Shown one piece after another: positions 1 through 8,027 of a stretch of 42,790 nt of DNA. Made by a program: the position numbers and the translations under genes. The stretch's first letter is position 1, and each line of letters opens with the position of its first letter. The DNA is taken from contig JBIPLS010000002.1 of the NCBI GenBank assembly GCA_044368305.1, positions 1-42,790 of the forward strand, read 5' to 3'. The notes under the pieces are model-generated. The model was not told the DNA's origin. It saw nothing but the letters and a program-made list of their open reading frames with translations, and ran no database searches. Origin of the DNA: Pirellulales bacterium. Lineage in GTDB: Bacteria > Planctomycetota > Planctomycetia > Pirellulales > UBA1268.

Positions 1-246
1 GGCGTCACCGAACGGACGCTGCAGCGGACGTTCCAGGAAACATACGGCGTCCCTCCCAAGAAATATCTCCTGGCCCGCGAACTGCACGCGGTGCGCCGCG
101 TCCTCCTGGCAGGCGCGCCCCGCGACCGCGTGCTCGCCGACGTCCTCGCGCGGCGTGGCATCTGGGAGTTCGGTCGGTTCGCGGCCCGGTACCGGAGGCA
201 GTTCGGTGAACTGCCGTCCGCAACGCTCCGGCAGGCGCGGGGCTGA
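1..246 (+). CDS. AraC/XylS-family transcriptional regulator, C-terminal HTH fragment (5' end lies outside the window)
   Basis: Frame 1 is open from the window edge to TGA 244-246. It is absent from the ORF track because it has no start. The translation GVTERTLQRTFQETYGVPPKKYLLARELHAVRRVLL...GIWEFGRFAARYRRQFGELPSATLRQARG shows the AraC-type double-HTH pattern. Confidence 0.7.
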   Translation, partial: GVTERTLQRTFQETYGVPPKKYLLARELHAVRRVLLAGAPRDRVLADVLARRGIWEFGRFAARYRRQFGELPSATLRQARG

Positions 247-375
247 GGCCGATCGCCGCCGGGCTGGCGAACCGGCTGCCGCCGTTCGTTGACGCCCGCC
301 CGGCAGGCGGCGTACGGTGTTCGCTCGCGGCGGATGCCGCGCGGCACGGCCGGTCGAGCGAGAGGGCGGTCAACC

Positions 376-1125
376 ATGGGCCTGGTGGTCGAGCGGGTCG
401 GCATGGGCGGTCTGGTGCCGCCGTGGGTTTGGCACCAGCACACCGAGCGGTACCGGTTCGCGGCGCCGCTGGCGGCCGGGAGGCGGGTGTTGGACGCGGC
501 GTGTGGCACCGGCCACGGCACGGCGGTGCTCGCTGCGGCCGGGGCGGCGACCACGACCGGCGTCGATCTGTCGCCGCAGGCCGTGGAGACGGCCAGCAGC
601 GCCCACGCCGCGGCCGGCATCGTCTTCCGCACGGGCGACGTCTCGGCGCTGCCGTTTCCCGACCATGCCTTCGACCTTTACGTGTCGTTCGAGACGGTCG
701 AGCACCTGGCCGATCCCGCCCGGTTCGCGGCGGAAGCCCGGCGCGTCCTCGCCGCCGGCGGCGTGTTCGTCTGCTCGACGCCGAACCGGGCGGTGACCAA
801 CCCCGGAACCGGGCCCGGGGATCGGCCGTACAACCCGTTCCACGTCCGCGAGTTCACCGCGCAGGAACTCACGGCGCTGTTGGCGGAGTCGTTTCCCACG
901 GTCGAGATGCTGGGGCAGACGCCGTTCCCGGGCGGGTACGTCCGCGGCCTCGGCAGGGCGGCCCGGTGGTCGCCAAGGCTGGCGGTCCGCGTGCATCAGG
1001 CCGTCAAGCTGGCCCGCGCCCCCTGCGATCGGCGGATGAACCACGTGCCGCGGCCGTGTCCCGCCGGCACGGAGCCCGAGATTCTCGTCGCCGTCTGCCG
1101 CGTGCCTCCGGACGACCACCGGTGA
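376..1125 (+). CDS. Class I SAM-dependent methyltransferase
   Basis: Track ORF 289..1125. ATG 376 is preferred because of a GAGAGGG purine tract 9 nt upstream. Motif I is VLDAACGTGHGT, followed by FDLYVSFETVEHL and GGVFVCSTPN. The stop overlaps the next start (GTGA, 1122-1125). Confidence 0.8.
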   Translation: MGLVVERVGMGGLVPPWVWHQHTERYRFAAPLAAGRRVLDAACGTGHGTAVLAAAGAATTTGVDLSPQAVETASSAHAAAGIVFRTGDVSALPFPDHAFDLYVSFETVEHLADPARFAAEARRVLAAGGVFVCSTPNRAVTNPGTGPGDRPYNPFHVREFTAQELTALLAESFPTVEMLGQTPFPGGYVRGLGRAARWSPRLAVRVHQAVKLARAPCDRRMNHVPRPCPAGTEPEILVAVCRVPPDDHR

Positions 1126-2009
1126 TCACCTTCGCGGTGCCGTTCTACCGCGGCACGGACTACCTGGAGCGGGCCGTCCGCAGCGTGCTCGCCCAGACCA
1201 GTCCCGCGTGGCGGCTCGTGATCGCGGACGACAGCCCCGATGGTGGCGGCGCCAGCGTGGTGCGGTCGATCGCCGACCCGCGGGTGCGCTACTGCCGCAA
1301 TCCGCGACCGCTCGGGATGGCGGGAAACTGGAATCGCTGCCTGGAACTGGCGGACACGGAACTCGTCACCATCCTCCACGCCGACGACGAGCTGTTGCCG
1401 CATTACGCGGCCGCGATGACCAGCGGTGCGGCGGCGCACCCGCGGGCTGCGGCGGTCTATTGCCGGGCGGTCGTCATCGGGCCGCACGGCAGGCCCGTGT
1501 TCTCGCTGCCCGACCGGGTGAAGGACCACCTGGATCCGCGTCCCGGAGGCACGGTTCGGCTCGCCGGAGCCGCGGGTATCGCGGCGCTGCTGCGCGGCAA
1601 TTTCATCATCTGCCCGACCGTCTGCTACCGGTTGCCGAGGCTCGCGGCCAGGCTGTTCGACGGCCACTGGCGCTTCGTGCTCGACCTCGACTTCTTCACC
1701 CGCCTGCTGATCGACGGCGAGGAGATCGTCGGCTTGCCGGTCACGGCCTACGCCTATCGCCGCCACGCCGGCAACGCGACGGCCGAATACACGGAGACGC
1801 TGCTGCGGTTCGAGGAGGAGGCGGCCCTGTACGACCGGCTGGCGGACGCGGCGGGCGGCCGCGGCGGCGACTGGGAAACGGTGCGGCGGCTCGGGCGGCG
1901 GAAGCGGATCCTGAAACTTCACCTTCTCTACAGGGTGTTCGCGGACGTGGCCCGGCTGCGGTTCGGCCCCGCCGCCCATAAGGCCCGCTATCTCCTCCGT
2001 CTGCGCTGA
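1122..2009 (+). CDS. Glycosyltransferase family 2 (GT-A fold)
   Basis: This is the C-terminal 295 codons of track ORF 423..2009, starting at in-frame GTG 1122. VITFAVPFYRGTDYLERAVRSVLAQT, LVIADDSPDGG and ILHADDELLP (DxD-type) are typical of GT2. It is translationally coupled to the upstream methyltransferase. Confidence 0.8.
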   Translation: MITFAVPFYRGTDYLERAVRSVLAQTSPAWRLVIADDSPDGGGASVVRSIADPRVRYCRNPRPLGMAGNWNRCLELADTELVTILHADDELLPHYAAAMTSGAAAHPRAAAVYCRAVVIGPHGRPVFSLPDRVKDHLDPRPGGTVRLAGAAGIAALLRGNFIICPTVCYRLPRLAARLFDGHWRFVLDLDFFTRLLIDGEEIVGLPVTAYAYRRHAGNATAEYTETLLRFEEEAALYDRLADAAGGRGGDWETVRRLGRRKRILKLHLLYRVFADVARLRFGPAAHKARYLLRLR

Positions 2010-2040
2010 GCCGCTGCGGCCCCGCGCGCCGCCGCCGGTC

Positions 2041-2046
2041 TATACT
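2041..2046 (+). promoter_or_regulatory. -10-like hexamer TATACT, 8 nt upstream of the K+ channel ATG (leaderless-type arrangement)
   Basis: TATACT 2041-2046, ATG 2055, with no purine-rich SD in between. Confidence 0.3.
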
Positions 2047-2054
2047 TCGCGGCC

Positions 2055-3272
2055 ATGCGTGCGGTCGTAGTCTGCGGTCTCGGGCGGTTCGGCCTCCAGG
2101 TCGTCGAGGCCTTGCGTGGCTGCGAATGCCCGGTGACGGTCCTCTCCGACGAGGCGACGAACCCGGAGCGGATCGCGCGTGCCACGGCCGCCGGCGCCCG
2201 GTTCGTGACCGGCGACTTCCGCGCGGCCGCGGCCCGCCGGGAGGCCGACGTGGCCGGCGCCCGGGCCGTCGTGTTTACGACGGCGAGCGACGTCGACAAC
2301 CTGGAGGCGGCGCTCGAGGTGCGTGGCGAGGCGCCGGCGGTCCGGGTGGTGATGCGGCACTCGCAGCCCGGGCTGGCCCGCCGCTTCGAGGCCGATTTCG
2401 GGATCGCCGCGGCCCTGGCGCCCGCCGACATCGCCGCCGATGCCTTCGTCGCGGCCGCCCTGGAGGCGCCGGCGGCGGCCGCGGCCCCGCCGGCGACGCG
2501 GGGGACGGCCGCTCTCTCCCGGCGGCCGGTGCGCACGGAGTTCCTCGCCGTGCCCGCGCTGCTGGCCGGCATCTACGTGGCGGCGATCGTCGTCTTCAAG
2601 CACACGCTCGGGCTGAGCTGGATCGACGCCGTCTACTTCGCGACCACCGTCGTCACCACGGTCGGCTTCGGCGACATCAACCTGCTCCAGGCTCCCGTGT
2701 GGGTGAAGCTGTTCGGCGTGGTGCTGATGTTCGCGGGCGTGCTCCTGATCGCGATCACAGCCTCGCTGCTGGCGGTGTTCGTCGTCACCGGCACCGCCGA
2801 TCGTCTGCGGAACGAGTCTCGGGCCCGCCGGCTGCGGAACCACGTCGTGGTCTGCGGTCTGGGCTCGGTGGGCACGGCGGTGGCCCGCGACCTCTTCGCC
2901 GGCGGCACGCCCGTGGTCGTCGTCGATCCCCAGGCCGACGACGAACTGCATCGCGAGACCAACCCCCGCTGTCCGGCGATCGTCGGCGATGCGACGCGGC
3001 CGATCATCTTGCACCGTGCCGGCATCGAGCATGCCCGGGCCCTGGTCGCCTGCACGAGCAACGACGCGCTCAACCTGGAGATCGGCCTCGCGGCCCAGTC
3101 GCTGGCGGAGTCCTACCGCGGCGGCCGGCCGCTGCGGCTGGTGCTCCGCTGCTTCGACGCCGACCTGGCGCGGCGCATCCACGCCGTGTCCGGCAACTAC
3201 ACGCTGCTCTCCGAGGCCAAGATCGCCGCCCCGGCCTTCGTCGAGCGGGCGCTGGCGGGGGCGGCGACCTGA
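2055..3272 (+). CDS. Potassium channel protein with RCK/TrkA-N domains on both sides of a 2-TM pore
   Basis: The selectivity filter TTVGFGD lies at 2655-2675, between two hydrophobic helices. There are two Rossmann GxGxxG motifs: N-terminal VVVCGLGRFG and C-terminal VVVCGLGSVG. GC3 is high. Confidence 0.85.
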   Translation: MRAVVVCGLGRFGLQVVEALRGCECPVTVLSDEATNPERIARATAAGARFVTGDFRAAAARREADVAGARAVVFTTASDVDNLEAALEVRGEAPAVRVVMRHSQPGLARRFEADFGIAAALAPADIAADAFVAAALEAPAAAAAPPATRGTAALSRRPVRTEFLAVPALLAGIYVAAIVVFKHTLGLSWIDAVYFATTVVTTVGFGDINLLQAPVWVKLFGVVLMFAGVLLIAITASLLAVFVVTGTADRLRNESRARRLRNHVVVCGLGSVGTAVARDLFAGGTPVVVVDPQADDELHRETNPRCPAIVGDATRPIILHRAGIEHARALVACTSNDALNLEIGLAAQSLAESYRGGRPLRLVLRCFDADLARRIHAVSGNYTLLSEAKIAAPAFVERALAGAAT

Positions 3273-4276
3273 TGCCCCCGCCAGCCGTGCCCCGATCCGC
3301 CGCTTCCCGCCTCGCCGACCCCGTCACCCGGCACATGCGCGGCGATTTTCCCCGGCTCGCGCTCGACGACACGGTCGGCGGGGCCATCGCCGCCGCCCGG
3401 TCGGCGGCGCCGGAGGGGCGGATCATCTACTTTTACGTCCTCGACGCCACGGCGCGGCTGGCCGGCGTGGTGCCCACCCGCCGGCTCCTGCTCTCGCCGG
3501 ATGCGACGCCGATTCGCGAGATCATGGTCGCGCGGGTGGTCGCGATCCCGGCTTCGGCCACCGTCCTCGAGGCCTGCGAGTTCTTCCTCCTCCACAAGCT
3601 GCTCGCCTTCCCGGTGGTGGACGAGGAGCGGCGGATGCTGGGGATCGTGGACGTCGATCTCTACACCGACGAGCTCGCCGACGTGGAGCGTCGCGAGGGG
3701 CTCGACGACCTGTTTCAGCTGATCGGCGTCCACTTCGAGGATTCGCAGGTCCGTTCGCCGCTGGCCGCCTTCCGCAGCCGCTTCCCCTGGCTGCTGGCCA
3801 ACATCGCCGGCGGGATCATGGCGGCGTTCCTGTCGGGGCTGTTCCAGGCCGAGCTGGAGAAGGCGGTCGCCCTGGCCCTGTTCGTGCCCGTGGTGCTGGC
3901 GCTCGCCGAGAGCGTGGCCATCCAGTCGGTGAGCATCGCCCTGCAGCGGCTCCACGGGCGGCCGCCGACGCGGGCCGGCATCCTTCGTGCGGTGCGGCAC
4001 GAGTCGCTGACGGGCGTCATGCTCGGCGCGGCGAGCGGCCTGGCGGTGGGGCTCGTGGCCTTGGGCTGGCTCGGAGCGGGGAGCGTGGCCGCCGCGGTCC
4101 TCGGCGGAATCACCGGGGGCGTCGTCTGTGCCGCCGTGATCGGCGTCGCGATGCCGAACCTGCTGCGGCTCTTCGCCCGGGATCCTCGGGTGGCCGCGGG
4201 CCCGGTGGCGCTGGCGGCCACCGACATGGTGACGCTCCTCATCTACTTCTCGCTGGCCCGGTGGCTCCTCGGCTGA
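3272..4276 (+). CDS. mgtE: MgtE-family Mg2+ transporter, short form (CBS pair plus MgtE membrane domain, no MgtE_N domain)
   Basis: This is the C-terminal part of track ORF 2126..4276. ATG 3272 overlaps the channel stop (ATGA). CBS-like segments are IREIMVARVVAIPASATVLEACEFF and FPVVDEERRMLGIVDVDL. They are followed by RFPWLLANIAGGIMAAFLSGLF and VPVVLALAESVAIQSVSIA, typical of the MgtE TM domain. Confidence 0.75.
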   Translation: MPPPAVPRSAASRLADPVTRHMRGDFPRLALDDTVGGAIAAARSAAPEGRIIYFYVLDATARLAGVVPTRRLLLSPDATPIREIMVARVVAIPASATVLEACEFFLLHKLLAFPVVDEERRMLGIVDVDLYTDELADVERREGLDDLFQLIGVHFEDSQVRSPLAAFRSRFPWLLANIAGGIMAAFLSGLFQAELEKAVALALFVPVVLALAESVAIQSVSIALQRLHGRPPTRAGILRAVRHESLTGVMLGAASGLAVGLVALGWLGAGSVAAAVLGGITGGVVCAAVIGVAMPNLLRLFARDPRVAAGPVALAATDMVTLLIYFSLARWLLG

Positions 4277-4301
4277 CGATCTTCCCGGTCGCGGCGCGGG
4301 T

Positions 4302-4724
4302 ATGCTGTCCGGCATGACGACCACGAACGACCGGCCGAACGCCGCCGACGGCCTATTGACAAACGAGCTCGCCCGCGAGCGGAATCGTGAGGCGGCCGAC
4401 CGCACCCTCCTGGCCTGGATCCGCACCAGCCTGGCCATGATCTCGCTCGGCTTCGGCATCGAGCGGCTGGGCCAGGCCGCGCTGGGGCTCGACGGCCGGC
4501 TGGTGGGCTTCACCCCGCTGAAGACGCGGGTCGCCGGGGGCACGCTCATCGCGCTGGGCGTCGCGGCGACGCTCGCCGGCATCTGGGAGCACCGGCACGT
4601 GCTGGCGGCGATCGCCCGCAGCGACTACCGCTACACCGACCGGCCGGCGATCGCCCGTGCCATGGGCTGGGTGCTCGTGGCGGTCGGCACCCTGGCGCTC
4701 GTCGTGGTCACCTGCGGCCTCTGA
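4302..4724 (+). CDS. DUF202 (YidH-like) small membrane protein
   Basis: NELARERNREAADRTLLAWIRTSLAMISLGFG matches the DUF202 signature (ERT.LAW.RT.La). Three predicted TM helices. The in-frame ATG 4314 is an alternative start. Confidence 0.7.
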   Translation: MLSGMTTTNDRPNAADGLLTNELARERNREAADRTLLAWIRTSLAMISLGFGIERLGQAALGLDGRLVGFTPLKTRVAGGTLIALGVAATLAGIWEHRHVLAAIARSDYRYTDRPAIARAMGWVLVAVGTLALVVVTCGL

Positions 4725-4725
4725 C

Positions 4726-6405
4726 ATGCCCTGGCAGCACGTCTACGACCCGCTCGGCTGGCCCGCCGTCTCGACGCTCGTCGCGGTGCTGCCGCTGGTC
4801 GTGCTCCTCGGCCTGCTCGCCGGCGGCCGCGCGTCGGCCCTCGTGGCCGCGGTCGCCGGCTTGGCGGCGGCACTGCTGATCGCCGTCGGCGTCGTGGGGA
4901 TGCCGGCCACAGCTGCGGCGGCCGCGGCCCTGCACGGCGCGGCGTTCGGCCTGTTTCCCATCGGCTGGATCATCCTCTGTGCGATGTTCCTCCACCGGCT
5001 CTCCGTGGAGGCGGGGGCCCTGGAGATCATGAAGCGGTCGGTGACGAGCCTGTCGGCCGACCACCGGCTGCAGGCGCTGCTGATCGCATTCTGCTTCGGG
5101 GCCTTTTTGGAAGGGGCCGCCGGCTTCGGGGCGCCGGTGGCGATCTCGGCGGCGCTCCTGGCCGGTGCCGGCTTCCCCGCAGTCGAGGCCGCCTGCATCG
5201 CCCTGCTGGCCAACACGGCGCCCGTCGCCTTCGGTGCCCTCGGCACGCCGATCCTCACGCTGGCGAAGGTCACCGGTCTCGACGAACAGTCGATCTCCGC
5301 GCTCGCCGGCCGCCAGCTCCCCTTTTTCTCCGTCCTCGTGCCCGCCTGGATGGTGGCGATGATGGCGGGCTGGCGGGGCCTCGTCGGCGTCTGGCCGGCG
5401 GTGCTCGTCTGCGGAGCCTCGTTCGCCACGGTGCAGTTCCTGATGGCGAACTTCGTCGGCCCCGCGCTCGTGGACGTCGTCGGCGGCGTGGCGAGCCTCG
5501 TGGCCCTCGCCGTGTTCCTGAGATTCTGGCGACCGCCCTCCATCTGGCAGCACGCCAGCGCCACCTCGCCGCCGCCGCGCCGGGCCCGCGCGGCCACGCC
5601 CGTCCGCGTGGTCGTGTGGGCGTGGATGCCGTGGGCATTCCTGTCGGCGGCCGTGTTCGTCTGGGGCCTGCCGCCGGTGAAGGCGGTGCTCGAAGGCCGA
5701 CCAGCTGCCGGGACGAGCGTCGCGGTCCTGCCGCAGCGGCTCGTGGCGCCGGAGTTTCCCGTGCCCCTGCTCGACGGCCGCGTGGCGAAGGTGCCGCCGG
5801 CCACGCGGGAGCCGGTGGAGATCGAACGGGCCGTCTACCGGTTCAACTGGCTGTCGGCCGCCGGCACCGGCATCCTGGCGGCGGCGCTGGCTGCGATCCC
5901 GTGGCTGGGCGTCTCGTGGCGGCGGGCCTGGGCGATCTGGCTGGCGACGCTGCGCGGCCTGACAGGGTCGCTGGCCACGATCGCGGCGATGCTGGCGCTG
6001 GCCTTCGTGACCCGCTACTCCGGCACCGACGTCACGCTCGGCCTGGCCCTGACCCGCTCCGGAGCGTTCTATCCGTTCTTCGCGCCGCTGCTCGGCTGGC
6101 TGGGCGTGGCCCTCACCGGCTCCGACACGTCGAGCAACGCCATGTTCGGCAGCCTGCAGCGGGTGACCGCGGAGCAGCTCGGTCTCGACCCGCTGCTCAC
6201 CTGCACCGCCAACAGCACCGGCGGCGTGATGGGGAAGATGATCGATGCCCAGAGCATCGTCGTCTCGGCGACGGCCACGGGCACGCATCGCCGCGCGGGG
6301 GAGATCCTGCGCCGCGTGTTTCCGCACTCCCTGGCCCTGGCGGCCCTGATGGGGATCCTCGTGTGGCTGCAGGCCGGCCCGCTGGCCTGGATGGTGCCGG
6401 GCTGA
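4726..6405 (+). CDS. L-lactate/glycolate permease (LctP family)
   Basis: ATG 4726 lies 1 nt after the preceding stop. MPWQHVYDPLGW, HRLQALLIAFCFGAFLEGAAGFGAPVAISAALLAG, NTAPVAFGALGTPI and GRQLPFFS closely resemble E. coli LldP/GlcA blocks. About 559 aa, polytopic. Confidence 0.9.
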   Translation: MPWQHVYDPLGWPAVSTLVAVLPLVVLLGLLAGGRASALVAAVAGLAAALLIAVGVVGMPATAAAAAALHGAAFGLFPIGWIILCAMFLHRLSVEAGALEIMKRSVTSLSADHRLQALLIAFCFGAFLEGAAGFGAPVAISAALLAGAGFPAVEAACIALLANTAPVAFGALGTPILTLAKVTGLDEQSISALAGRQLPFFSVLVPAWMVAMMAGWRGLVGVWPAVLVCGASFATVQFLMANFVGPALVDVVGGVASLVALAVFLRFWRPPSIWQHASATSPPPRRARAATPVRVVVWAWMPWAFLSAAVFVWGLPPVKAVLEGRPAAGTSVAVLPQRLVAPEFPVPLLDGRVAKVPPATREPVEIERAVYRFNWLSAAGTGILAAALAAIPWLGVSWRRAWAIWLATLRGLTGSLATIAAMLALAFVTRYSGTDVTLGLALTRSGAFYPFFAPLLGWLGVALTGSDTSSNAMFGSLQRVTAEQLGLDPLLTCTANSTGGVMGKMIDAQSIVVSATATGTHRRAGEILRRVFPHSLALAALMGILVWLQAGPLAWMVPG

Positions 6406-6431
6406 CCCCCGCCGGGTCGCGGCTTCCGCCG

Positions 6432-6437
6432 TATACT
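6432..6437 (+). promoter_or_regulatory. -10-like hexamer TATACT, 9 nt upstream of sulfatase ATG 6447
   Basis: TATACT 6432-6437, ATG 6447, with no SD in between. Confidence 0.3.
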
Positions 6438-6446
6438 CTCCGCCTC

Positions 6447-7982
6447 ATGCCGCGGGCCACCCGGCCGCGGTCATTCCCCCGCAGGCCCGGTTCCATGCCC
6501 AGTCGCTCGTGCCTCCCTCTCGCCGTGCGGCCCCGGTGGGCCGGCCTGCTGACCGCCGCGCTTCTGACGCTGGCCGGCTCGGCATCCAGCCGCGCGGAAC
6601 CGCCCCCTGCCCCACGGCGGCCGCACGTGCTGATGATCGCCGTGGACGACCTGCGGCCGGAACTGGGCTGCTACGGCGCGGCGGCCGCGGTGACGCCGCA
6701 CCTCGACCAGCTGGCCGCCCGCGGCGTCCGGTTCGACCGGGCCTATTGCAACATCGCCGTCTGCGGGGCCTCGCGGGCGAGCCTCCTCAAGGGGATGCGG
6801 CCGACGGCGGAGCGGTTTCTGGACTACGACACCCGCGCCGACGTCGATGCCCCGGATGCGATCTCCCTGCCCAAGCTCCTCCGCGAGCACGGCTACACGA
6901 CCGTGAGCAACGGCAAGGTGTATCACCACCGCGACGATGACGTGGACGCCTGGAGCGAGCCACCGTGGCGTTCCGCCGCCAGGTGGAACGCCTATCAACT
7001 GCCCGCCAGCGAGCCGCCGAAAGGGGACGAGCGCCGAGGGCCGGCCTGGGAAGCGGCCGACGTCCCGGACGACCGGTATGCGGATCACGAACTCTGCTCG
7101 CGGACGATCGCCGACCTGGAGCGTCTGGCCGCCCGGGGCGACCCCTTCTTTCTGGCCTGCGGGTTCGCCAAGCCCCACCTGCCGTTCGTGGCGCCGAAAA
7201 AGTACTGGGACCTGCATCCCGCCGACACGATCCGCCTCCCCGACAATCCGGATTTTCCGGCCCGGCTGCCCCCGGCTTTCCACTACGTTTGGGGCGAGTT
7301 GCGGAAGTACCGTGACATCCCCGCCGCCGGCCCCGTCTCGGAGGAGACGGCCCGCAGCCTGATTCGCGGCTACCGGGCGGCCGTGAGCTTCATCGACGCC
7401 CAGGTCGGCCGCCTGCTCGACGCCCTCGACCGGCTGGGACTCGCCGAGAACACCATCATCGTCCTCTGGGGCGACCACGGCTGGCAGCTCGGCGAGCACG
7501 GCATGTGGTGCAAGCACACGAACTTCGAGGTCGCCACCCGCACGCCACTGCTCGTCGTCGCGCCAGGGGTCCAGCCGGGCCGGGCCTGCGGCCGGCTCGT
7601 CGAGTTCGTGGACATCTATCCCACGCTCTGCGACCTGTGCGGCGTGCCGCCTCCCGGCCACCTCCAGGGCAAGAGCCTCGGGCCGCTGCTGGCCGACGTC
7701 GAGGCCGCGCACAAGCCGGCGATCTTCACGCGGTACGGCGCCGGCGACGCCGTCCGCACCGACACCCACCGCTACATGGAAAGCCACGCCCGACGGGGCC
7801 GCGGCGAGTTCGTGGCCGCCGGCCTGTTCGATCTCGTCGCCGACCCGGACGAGAACGTGGACGTCGCGGAGGATCCGGCGGCGCGGCAGCGTCGGGACGA
7901 ACTCGCCGCCCTGCTCGGCCGGCACCTGCGGGCCCTGGCCGCCGACGGCGCGCCCGCCGCCCGGCCCGCGCCGCGGCCGTGA
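6447..7982 (+). CDS. Secreted sulfatase (iduronate-2-sulfatase-like, type I sulfatase fold)
   Basis: This is the C-terminal part of track ORF 5616..7982. Start is ATG 6447, or ATG 6495, which gives a cleaner signal peptide (MPSRSCLPLAVRPRWAGLLTAALLTLAGSASSRA). HVLMIAVDDLRPELGCYG, the active-site box AVCGASRASLLKGMRP, LWGDHGWQLGEHGMWCKHTNFE. Confidence 0.85.
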   Translation: MPRATRPRSFPRRPGSMPSRSCLPLAVRPRWAGLLTAALLTLAGSASSRAEPPPAPRRPHVLMIAVDDLRPELGCYGAAAAVTPHLDQLAARGVRFDRAYCNIAVCGASRASLLKGMRPTAERFLDYDTRADVDAPDAISLPKLLREHGYTTVSNGKVYHHRDDDVDAWSEPPWRSAARWNAYQLPASEPPKGDERRGPAWEAADVPDDRYADHELCSRTIADLERLAARGDPFFLACGFAKPHLPFVAPKKYWDLHPADTIRLPDNPDFPARLPPAFHYVWGELRKYRDIPAAGPVSEETARSLIRGYRAAVSFIDAQVGRLLDALDRLGLAENTIIVLWGDHGWQLGEHGMWCKHTNFEVATRTPLLVVAPGVQPGRACGRLVEFVDIYPTLCDLCGVPPPGHLQGKSLGPLLADVEAAHKPAIFTRYGAGDAVRTDTHRYMESHARRGRGEFVAAGLFDLVADPDENVDVAEDPAARQRRDELAALLGRHLRALAADGAPAARPAPRP

Positions 7983-7992
7983 CCGCCGCCGC

Positions 7993-8021
7993 TTGAGCGG
8001 CCGGCGCCGCGCGGTCAGACT
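7993..8021 (+). promoter_or_regulatory. Candidate promoter abutting the aldo/keto reductase start codon
   Basis: TTGAGC (7993-7998), 17-nt spacer, CAGACT (8016-8021), then 6 nt to ATG 8028. No SD. Confidence 0.3.
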
Positions 8022-8027
8022 GCCCGC

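Noticed and set aside
423-1121. N-terminal 233 codons of track ORF 423..2009, which would give a 528-aa product
   Set aside because: This part overlaps the methyltransferase gene in another frame and is Arg/Gly/Pro-rich. GT2 homology begins exactly at GTG 1122, which overlaps the methyltransferase stop.
2126-3271. Upstream extension of the MgtE frame (716-aa track ORF)
   Set aside because: It overlaps the K+ channel gene out of frame and gives low-complexity R/G/P translation. The MgtE-like sequence begins at ATG 3272.
5616-6446. Upstream extension of the sulfatase frame (788-aa track ORF)
   Set aside because: It overlaps the 3' third of the lactate permease out of frame. A signal peptide and sulfatase homology begin only after ATG 6447/6495.
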